NCBI RefSeq assembly: GCF_000012925.1
Contig: NC_007517.1
Coordinates: 2,490,001-2,522,000, forward strand
DNA length: 32,000 bases
Reading direction: 5' to 3'
Source: Geobacter metallireducens GS-15
Lineage (GTDB): Bacteria > Desulfobacterota > Desulfuromonadia > Geobacterales > Geobacteraceae
The notes under the pieces were generated by a model, which searched no databases, was not told where the DNA came from, and was given only the letters and a program-made list of their open reading frames with translations. A program made the position numbers and the translations under genes. Shown piece by piece: positions 17,639-23,937 of the stretch; position 1 is the stretch's first letter, and every line of letters begins with the position of its first letter.

Positions 17639-17799
17639 GGGAAAAAATAATTCAATAACTACTGACGGGCCGGGGAAAACACGAAAGTAGTGTTCTCGAT
17701 TTTGAAAAATTTACACTAGATGGAACTGAAGCAGAATACCGCGGAAGGTGTTAGGTAACGTGAGGGGAAGGACTCTTAAGGATTTGAAGAACGGTGAAA

Positions 17800-17842
17800 C
17801 GAGTGAAAAGACAGCGGGACCGGATTGGAGTCCGGTCCGCCC
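17800..17842 (-). terminator. rho-independent terminator after the TetR gene
   Basis: The minus strand reads GGACCGGA-CTCCAA-TCCGGTCC with flanking GC pairs, followed by CGCTGTCTTTTCAC. It starts immediately after the stop at 17844. Confidence 0.5.
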
Positions 17843-17843
17843 G

Positions 17844-18413
17844 CTACTTACCTCTGGTCAAAATGGCAAAGAAGTGCTCTGCAAGGTCTTCTATGCTTAA
17901 CCGGTCGTCCTCCTTGTACCAGATGGTGGCATAGTTACACATGCCCAGGATCGCCTTCGCGGTAATGGAAGGCTTTAACCCTCTGAACAAACCATGCCCC
18001 TCCTTCTGGATTTGTTCGATAATCTTCACTACCTGCTCTTCATAGAGCCGTTGTTGATTCTGGTAAATAACTTTGTTTTTACCTGTCAGGTATTTGGTAT
18101 CCCTTAGATTGATCGTTAACACATCCCTCCTTTCAACCACCAGTTTCATATGGAAGTGAAGGAATTTGTGCAGTTTTTCAACCCCATCCATATCGGGATC
18201 TTTAAGTACCGGTTTGAAAGCATCAATATATCCGGGGAGGAAATTTTCCAGTATGGCAAGAAGAATCCCTTCTTTGCTTTTGAAATAATGGATCACCGTA
18301 CTTTTGGAAATACCGACTTTGGAGGCAAGCATGCCGATGGATGCACCGGGATACCCCTCAATATTCATCAATTCGATCGCAGCCGTAATCAGTTTGTCGT
18401 AGGTATTTTCCAT
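17844..18413 (-). CDS. TetR/AcrR-family transcriptional regulator
   Basis: 189 aa. N-terminal HTH (GYPGASIGMLASKVGISKSTVIHYFKSKEGIL) and a helical C-terminal ligand domain. The gene is visibly AT-richer than its neighbours. Confidence 0.9.
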   Translation of the reverse strand: MENTYDKLITAAIELMNIEGYPGASIGMLASKVGISKSTVIHYFKSKEGILLAILENFLPGYIDAFKPVLKDPDMDGVEKLHKFLHFHMKLVVERRDVLTINLRDTKYLTGKNKVIYQNQQRLYEEQVVKIIEQIQKEGHGLFRGLKPSITAKAILGMCNYATIWYKEDDRLSIEDLAEHFFAILTRGK

Positions 18414-18447
18414 AGGCTAGCCCTTTCATTCGACGGATTGTCATTGC

Positions 18448-18476
18448 AGTATTCTGGCACTGTTGTCCCCAGGCAA
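18448..18476 (-). promoter_or_regulatory. candidate sigma-70 promoter for the TetR gene (TTGCCT-17-AATACT)
   Basis: The minus strand reads TTGCCT ggggacaacagtgccag AATACT, about 35 nt upstream of the 18413 start. This is sequence resemblance only. Confidence 0.3.
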
Positions 18477-18675
18477 TCTGCTGTAACTTTCAGCTACAAG
18501 AAAACAGACCGAAAGTCAATAGACTTGTGTGCTCCACTTCTACTTCACAGCACCTTGCGATTACTGCCACACCAAATTCCACCAAAGGTTCCCGGTGACG
18601 CACCATGGGAGCGAGTTTCCAGGAAACAACCCGAATATATTTCCGGATCAAGCAATAAGGCACGGACCGAGCCGC

Positions 18676-19452
18676 CTACGTCGGCACTACTCCCTCGGTA
18701 ATTGTTGCCGTGTTATCAATGATGAACTCGGAGCCGCTCACAAACTTAGACTCGTCCGACGCCAGGTACAAGACCATGTAGGCAACATCATCAGGCTCAC
18801 CCAACTTGGAAAACAGGTCCCGTGCTTTGTCCATACTTGCATCCGCAGTACCAACCGCCGACTTGATAAATCCTTCAACCAAGGGGGTGAGGATCCCCCC
18901 CGGATGAATGGAGTTGCACCGGATATTGTATTTATTCTGGGCACAATGGACAGCAACGGATTTGGTCATGGCACGAATCGCCCCCTTGGAAGCGGAATAG
19001 GCAAACACAAGGGGATAGCCGCCGATGCCGGCAAGGGATGACAGATTGACGATAGATCCTCCCCCCGATCTTCGCATTGCTGGTATGGCATGCTTGCAAC
19101 CGAAGAATGTACCGTCCGTGCCGACGGCATTGACAAAACGCCAATCTTCCACTGTCGTGTGTTCAACATCAGCCACAACCACCACACCCGCGTTATTAAC
19201 CAAGATGTCCAGGCGTCCGAAGCGTGACAACGTCTGCTCGATAATGGCAACCCACTGCGCCTCGTCACTGACATCATGCCGCAGAAAGATCGCTCCTTCA
19301 CCTAGTGAATTAGCCAACGCCTGACCATCTTTTACATTGATATCCGTAATTACGACCCTTGCTCCCTCGCGCGCAAGAAGCCGTGCACTGGCAGCCCCTA
19401 AGCCAGATGCTGCACCAGTGACAATTGCTACCTTTCCCTCGACTCTTCCCAT
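18676..19452 (-). CDS. short-chain dehydrogenase/reductase (3-alpha/20-beta-hydroxysteroid dehydrogenase-like classical SDR)
   Basis: KVAIVTGAASGLGAASARLLAREGARVVITD, NNAG, Ser...YSASK. AAGGAG RBS. Confidence 0.9.
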   Translation of the reverse strand: MGRVEGKVAIVTGAASGLGAASARLLAREGARVVITDINVKDGQALANSLGEGAIFLRHDVSDEAQWVAIIEQTLSRFGRLDILVNNAGVVVVADVEHTTVEDWRFVNAVGTDGTFFGCKHAIPAMRRSGGGSIVNLSSLAGIGGYPLVFAYSASKGAIRAMTKSVAVHCAQNKYNIRCNSIHPGGILTPLVEGFIKSAVGTADASMDKARDLFSKLGEPDDVAYMVLYLASDESKFVSGSEFIIDNTATITEGVVPT

Positions 19453-19467
19453 ATCCTTACTCCTTTT

Positions 19468-19498
19468 TAGACCATCAGTCTATGGCACTAAACGTGCC
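19468..19498 (-). promoter_or_regulatory. two adjacent palindromes just upstream of the SDR RBS; one also fits a sigma-54 -24/-12 pattern
   Basis: TAGAC-CATCA-GTCTA at 19468..19482 and GGCAC-TAAAC-GTGCC at 19484..19498. The minus strand reads GGGGCACGTTTAGTGCC. Its GG and GC are spaced as in TGGCAC-N5-TTGC, about 35-45 nt upstream of the ATG at 19452. Confidence 0.3.
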
Positions 19499-19656
19499 CC
19501 TATTGTACACACCATACACCATTACTTGAATAGTACCTGCTAGGCCAACATGGTGCCGAAAAAAACGGACAGCCGCATGGTCTTTCCCACAAATTTTGCG
19601 AACTAACTGGATGTTCTTATCTCTGGTCATGACAGTTACTTTCCAATAGATATCCT

Positions 19657-20571
19657 TCAAGCTGATTTCGCTATGTTGGCGGGAGACAGTGGCAACTTCA
19701 TACCATCTCGTGAAAGGCCCAGGATTTCTACCAGCCGCCACGCCGTCTCCCCCCCGATGCGCCGAAGCGCTTGTTCACTCATTGCAAGCTCCTCAAACAG
19801 CCGTACCTCTTCCAGGATCGATGCAGGGTTGAGCCCCGCATCAGACCCGAACATGATCCGCTCGGCGTGCTCCTCCCAGGAAGGGAGCCACCTTCCCACA
19901 TCTCCCCCTTTCTCTAGGGTAGAGATCAACCCTGTCGTATCCAGATAGAGATTGGGAAAGGTGTTCAACAAGCGGAAGGCAAGATCAAGGCGGGGATAGA
20001 ACATGTGGGCTGCCACCACCGTTAGTCCCGGGAAAGCAGAAAGAAGCGTGGCAAGGTCTCTGGCCATCTCTTCTTCGTGGTATCGATTGCGGTAAGTGGC
20101 AGAGAAACCGGTATGGAGATAGAGGATACGCCGGTTCTTTGCCAGAAAGGCACAGACATCGTGCATCCATTCTGCATCCAGACGGATGTCCTGAATGAAA
20201 GAGTGGATCTTGACACCAGCAAAATGACGGTTGAGGATAAACTCATTCAGCATCTCACTGCGCTCACCAGAGGTATCATGGGGGTGGAGAGTGAGAAAGG
20301 GAAGTACCCCGGCGTTCCCTGAGCAGAACCTGTCGTTCCATTCATTCACTACCCGGGATGTGCGGGGAAAGATAGCAAAGAAAAAATTGAAGCACCCTTG
20401 GATGCCAGACCCAGCAAGGTCGGCCATGAGGCTCTTCGGGGTCGGGGGCTTGCCGGTGGTCCGCACATCGTCATGACATTGCTGCTGCAGCCATCGCCAC
20501 CCGCTCTCGAGACGGCTGCGGCTCATCACGTGCACATGGGCATCAAAGGTTACATAGCGTGATATGTGCAT
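19657..20571 (-). CDS. amidohydrolase_2-type metal-dependent hydrolase (LigI/ACMSD-like TIM barrel)
   Basis: 304 aa from the ATG at 20571 (AGAGGTGG RBS). N-terminus MHISRYVTFDAHVHV carries the HxH motif, and later HTGF, AAHMF and FGSDAG strands follow. The first 104 codons of the track ORF (to 20883) are unlikely to be coding and overlap the divergent gene. Confidence 0.8.
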   Translation of the reverse strand: MHISRYVTFDAHVHVMSRSRLESGWRWLQQQCHDDVRTTGKPPTPKSLMADLAGSGIQGCFNFFFAIFPRTSRVVNEWNDRFCSGNAGVLPFLTLHPHDTSGERSEMLNEFILNRHFAGVKIHSFIQDIRLDAEWMHDVCAFLAKNRRILYLHTGFSATYRNRYHEEEMARDLATLLSAFPGLTVVAAHMFYPRLDLAFRLLNTFPNLYLDTTGLISTLEKGGDVGRWLPSWEEHAERIMFGSDAGLNPASILEEVRLFEELAMSEQALRRIGGETAWRLVEILGLSRDGMKLPLSPANIAKSA

Positions 20572-20670
20572 GCCGTGACCACCTCTTTGCCATCTAAAGG
20601 ACTGCGATTCCTGCCGCAGGCCGCCAATATCTCGCCACCCAATCAACAAAAACAATGTTCGTATATTATA

Positions 20671-20690
20671 TATACCGAACGGTTGGTTTA
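20671..20690. promoter_or_regulatory. third copy of the operator-like dyad, in the divergent intergenic region
   Basis: TATACCGAACGGTTGGTTTA. The first 11 nt are identical to the 17591 copy. It lies between the amidohydrolase_2 start (20571, minus) and the adenine-deaminase-like start (20765, plus), flanked by TATA-rich sequence. Confidence 0.5.
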
Positions 20691-20764
20691 TTTTTCTACA
20701 GACAAATAACACAATATCGGAGAGAATGCAAGTCAAACACATGCAACAAACAATGGTTTGAAAT

Positions 20765-22560
20765 ATGAATATTTTTCTGTCAGATCCCAATAACAAGGCG
20801 GCGCCAAGTTCAACGCACCTGATGGCAGTGGCTGGCGGACACAGGGAAGCGGATCTGTATATCCACAACTGTCGCGTCCTCAATATCTATTCCGGAGAGA
20901 TCCTTGCCGATGTGGGGGTGGCTATCGCCGGAGGGCGGATTGCCTATGTGGGCACCTCCCGGGGCATGGTCGGCGCCGGCACGGAAATGATTGATGCGGA
21001 GGACGGCCTACTCGTGCCAGGGTATGTGGAACCCCACTCCCACTTCGACCTGATCGTCTCCCTCGGACGCATGGCCGAAGCGGTCCTCCCCCTCGGGACA
21101 ACAACCGTTGTCAACGACACCCTCGCCATGGTGGGGCGCTTCGGAAAAACAGGACTCGACTATCTCCAGTCGGCAGCCTCATCTCTCCCCCTGCACGTCT
21201 TCTTCATGGTTTCCCGCACCAGCCTTGCACCGGAACTTGAAGAACTGGGGTATCCCACCGGCGCCAGTCTCAGCGCTGAGGAACTTGCAGACGCCCTCGG
21301 CGATGACCAGGTCCTGGGGACCGTAGAATCTCTTCCCTGGCGCAAGCTTCTGGCCGGCGACCCGAACCTCATGGCAAGCATGGAACTGTTACTCAGGAGC
21401 GGCCCAGGCACCAGGGGCATTTCCCCGGAGCCCGGGCCGACCAGATCCAGGCACTTGCAGCTGCTGGTTTCACTGACTGCCACGAAGCCCTGTCCGCGGA
21501 GGAAGCGCTGGACCGCCTGCGGGCAGGTCTCTATGTAATCCTGCGCCACGGCCCCGCACGTCCTGACCTCCCTGCTTTGGCCCGACTCGTCCATCGTGAA
21601 GAGGTGGACCGCTCACGGCTGATGTTCACCACGGACTGGGTGCCGCAGGCCGCTCTCGTGCAAACCGGACACCTGAACCATGTCATCGCCACTGCCCTGG
21701 AACTGGGGATATCACCCATTGATGCCTATCGCATGGCAACCCTTAACCCGGCCCGCTACCTGGGGATCGAGGATGATGTGGGGGCCATCGCTCCAAGAAG
21801 ATATGCGGACATCCTCTGCCTCGCCACCCTCCAGGAACCGCTACCACGCTGGGTGATGGCCTCAGGCCGCGTAGTGGCAAGGAATGGCCTGACCGTGGAT
21901 GGATGGGACGGGGAGCGAGCGGAACCGAAACTCCCCCCCTATCAGCCGCCGGTTCAGGAGACACACGTCACCGACTTTCGCATGGCCACCAATCGAAGAG
22001 GAAATGTGATCGTGCCTACCGTCGAACTGGTCGACAAAACCGTGACCAGGCGCCGGGACCTGCATATGGCAGTGAGAGATGGGGTGGTTACGCCCGAAAC
22101 CAGACGAGAAGTGATCCTTAAGATGGCCATGCCCAAACCGGAAGGGGGTTTCGCTGTCGGTTTTCTAGTGGGGATGGGCGCTCATCTCGGAGGCTTCAGC
22201 ACCTCGGTGGCCTCAGACCCCTACCACACCCTGGTTATCGGCAGCAACGACCACGACATGGCCACGGCATACAACCGCATGGTTGGCAACGGTGGGGGGA
22301 TTGTGGCCGTGCAGCAAGGCCAGATTGCGGCTGAACTCCCACTCCCTATGGGGGGATTCATATCCACGGCCCCTGTCCCCGATATCGCCGCGGACATCGA
22401 GCTCCTGAACCGCTGGGCCCAGGAGCTCGGGTGCCCATGGGACGACATCTTCCTCATTCAGCGCTACTTCACCTACATTGGCGTCCCTTTTTTCCGCATG
22501 CCCCCCTGGGGGATCTACGACGTGAAGGAACGGGCCTTTCTGCCACCGGTGCTTGACTGA
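20765..22560 (+). pseudogene. adenine deaminase-family amidohydrolase (N-terminal TIM barrel plus Adenine_deam_C domain), interrupted by one frameshift near 21401-21412
   Basis: Two track ORFs (20765..21538 and 21577..22560) lie in different frames. The second frame is open from 21307 and reads QGHFPGARADQIQALAAAGFTDCHEALSAEEALDRLRAGLYVILRHG. That is collinear with the intact paralog at 1..733 (EGHNPGARADHLQVIAAAGLTDCHEA). The N-terminal part has EPHSHFD. The C-terminal part has SDPYHTLVIGSNDHDM and GGGIVAV. The true start (20765 versus 20822) is uncertain. Confidence 0.75.
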
Positions 22561-22593
22561 ACCGGGCAGCACATCAACCCGATGAGGCATACG

Positions 22594-22760
22594 ATGAAGA
22601 TATTTCAACTTGTCCAGTGACAGCCCCCGTAACTGCGCGACGCTACGGTCCCTGAGTCAGGGCACGGCAAGGCGCTCATCAAGATTGGGGGTGCCGGAAC
22701 CTGCCACTCTGACCTGCACGTCATGGAATGGATATCAGGAGCCCTCCCCTTCAAAAGTAG
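22594..22760 (+). pseudogene. remnant of a zinc-type alcohol dehydrogenase N-terminus with two in-frame stop codons
   Basis: ATG at 22594 behind a GAGG RBS. Translation gives MKIFQLVQ*QPP*LRDATVPESGHGKALIKIGGAGTCHSDLHVMEW, with TGA at 22618 and TAA at 22630. GxCHSDLH is the MDR/ADH zinc-ligand motif. The ADH sequence breaks off after about 50 residues. The 3' boundary is approximate. Confidence 0.55.
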
Positions 22761-22907
22761 CCACACAGCCTTCAAAGCCAGCACCGTCCTCGGCCGGATC
22801 GGGGAGCCGTCCGATATTGCCGGCATCGTCGCCAACCTTGTCGCCCCGACGCGGGCTGGATAATCACCGGTCAGGTCATCTGCGCTACCGGCGGCATGCA
22901 GCTCTGA
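22761..22907 (+). pseudogene. remnant of an SDR C-terminus (frameshifted), fused behind the ADH stub
   Basis: ...ASTVLGRIGEPSDIAGIVANLVAP, then in the next frame AGWIITGQVICATGGMQL* with the stop at 22905..22907. This is the typical SDR tail (RxGxPxDIA...ITGQ...DGG). No SDR N-terminus is present. The 5' boundary is approximate. Confidence 0.5.
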
Positions 22908-22921
22908 AAGGCAGGAACATC

Positions 22922-23777
22922 ATGTATCTTGAGTTAATAACCTATACAGCCGAGGACGGTCTCGAACTTGATGCCGCCTTGTACCGGCAGAGAGGGAAAG
23001 GACATGCCCCTGATCCCCTCATCATCTTGACCCACGGGGCCTCCTGGATGAATTTCTACACCGGCCCGCAACGTTTTTTGCCCCGCTACCTGGTCCTGGC
23101 AGGGTATGACTGCCTTGCCATCAACAGCCGCGACCGGGATATTGGCTATCTCCATCCCCCCACCGGCACCTGCTAGGGATGTTCCGGTGCCGCTTCGAGG
23201 ATGTCCTGCTCGATCTCCCCGGAGCCCTGGCCTGGGGGCGTGCCCAGGGCTGCCGGCGCTTCATCCTCGTCTGTCATAGCTTCTCCAGCCAACGGGGGGG
23301 GATATTTTCTCTCCCAGACTCCGGGGAGCGGCATCGAGGCCCTGGCAATGATGAGCCCCCCGGCCGGCATGCGTGCAAACCACCGCTTCTGGGTGGATGA
23401 CTGGGAGGGGTTCGTTGCCCGGGCCCGCACCCTGGTGGAGGAGGGAAGGCCGGACGAGATCGTGCTCGAGCGTCCCACCGGCCGGTTCCCGGTTATTGCC
23501 AGGGCCGCAACCGTTCTCAACCTCTGGGTCGATCACAACGCCATCGAGCAGTGCGAATTCCTGTCCGGTCTCTCGGTCCCCCTTCTCCACACCCTAGGGG
23601 GAAAAGGAAGCAGCTCTCGTCCCGATCCGAGAGAAAGGGGACTGGATTGCCGGAGTATGGGGAGGGCCGGTGACGCGGGCCGTCATCCCCGACTGCGGAC
23701 ACTTCTACCGTGAACCCCCCGAGGGGCTGGCGGAAATAGTTCTGACATGGCTCGAGAAGATTGTTCCCCGATCGTGA
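22922..23777 (+). pseudogene. alpha/beta-hydrolase fold gene broken by three frame changes
   Basis: Four segments read across three different frames:
- MYLELITYTAEDGLELDAALY...PLIILTHGASW...LAINSRDRDIGYLHPP
- ...FEDVLLDLPGALAWGRAQGCRRFILVCHSFSS
- GGYFLSQTPGSGIEALAMMSPPAG...LSVPLLHTLGG
- EKEAALVPIREKGDWIAG...RAVIPDCGHFYREPPEGLAEIVLTWLEKIVPRS*
The shifts coincide with the runs C6 (23156..23161), G8 (23294..23301) and G5 (23597..23601). Confidence 0.65.
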
Positions 23778-23937
23778 CCGGACCATGAAGAACGAAAACA
23801 ACTCATGATATGGGAGGGGGAAAACAGCCAAAAGCGGAGGGACCGGCAAAGGACGTTACCGGAAAATTGACTGCGATATTGCGAAAAAAGCTCTGCCAAC
23901 GCCTGTAATCAACGCCTCGTTACACCTGCATTGCAGC

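Noticed and set aside
10643-17843. A cobalamin riboswitch ahead of the mutase genes (checked gaps 10643..10722, 14392..14491 and 17502..17843)
   Set aside because: I could not find a B12-box-like GCCACTG core or the extended conserved helices. The gaps are short or AT-rich and are better explained by promoters and operators.
18453-18470. TGGCAC-TGTTG-TCCC on the plus strand upstream of the TetR gene as a sigma-54 promoter
   Set aside because: The -12 element lacks the GC dinucleotide at the proper position. No plus-strand gene lies downstream, since all nearby genes are on the minus strand.
19475-19630. Possible 51-aa small ORF (MTRDKNIQLVRKICGKDHAAV...) in the gap between the amidohydrolase_2 gene and the SDR
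   Set aside because: It has only a weak RBS (GGAAAG) and no recognisable motif. Its 3' end runs through the palindromes that look regulatory. Without conservation data it cannot be supported as coding.
20572-20883. N-terminal 104-codon extension of the amidohydrolase_2 ORF (track start 20883). Similar extensions occur at 13664 (ACAD), 6847 (CoA-transferase), 15700 (thiolase), 3969 (hbd) and 31926 (Mo enzyme).
   Set aside because: The extensions overlap neighbouring genes or promoter regions, have odd composition and lack an RBS. In each case an internal ATG with a good Shine-Dalgarno sequence starts right at the conserved N-terminal motif.
21395-21415. Programmed -1 ribosomal frameshift joining the two halves of the adenine-deaminase-like gene
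   Set aside because: There is no slippery X XXY YYZ heptamer at the junction (AGC GGC CCA GG) and no obvious downstream pseudoknot or hairpin. The neighbouring genes are decaying too.
22618-22632. The in-frame TGA in the ADH stub as a possible selenocysteine or read-through codon
   Set aside because: A TAA follows 12 nt later in the same frame. The ADH sequence is truncated after about 50 residues, and I see no SECIS-like hairpin directly downstream. Pseudogenisation explains this better.
22610-23176. 188-aa ORF listed as a single CDS
   Set aside because: It is a chimera. Its first 100 or so codons are an off-frame read across the ADH and SDR remnants (Ser/Pro/Arg-rich). Only the part from the ATG at 22922 looks like a real alpha/beta-hydrolase N-terminus, and that gene is itself frameshifted.
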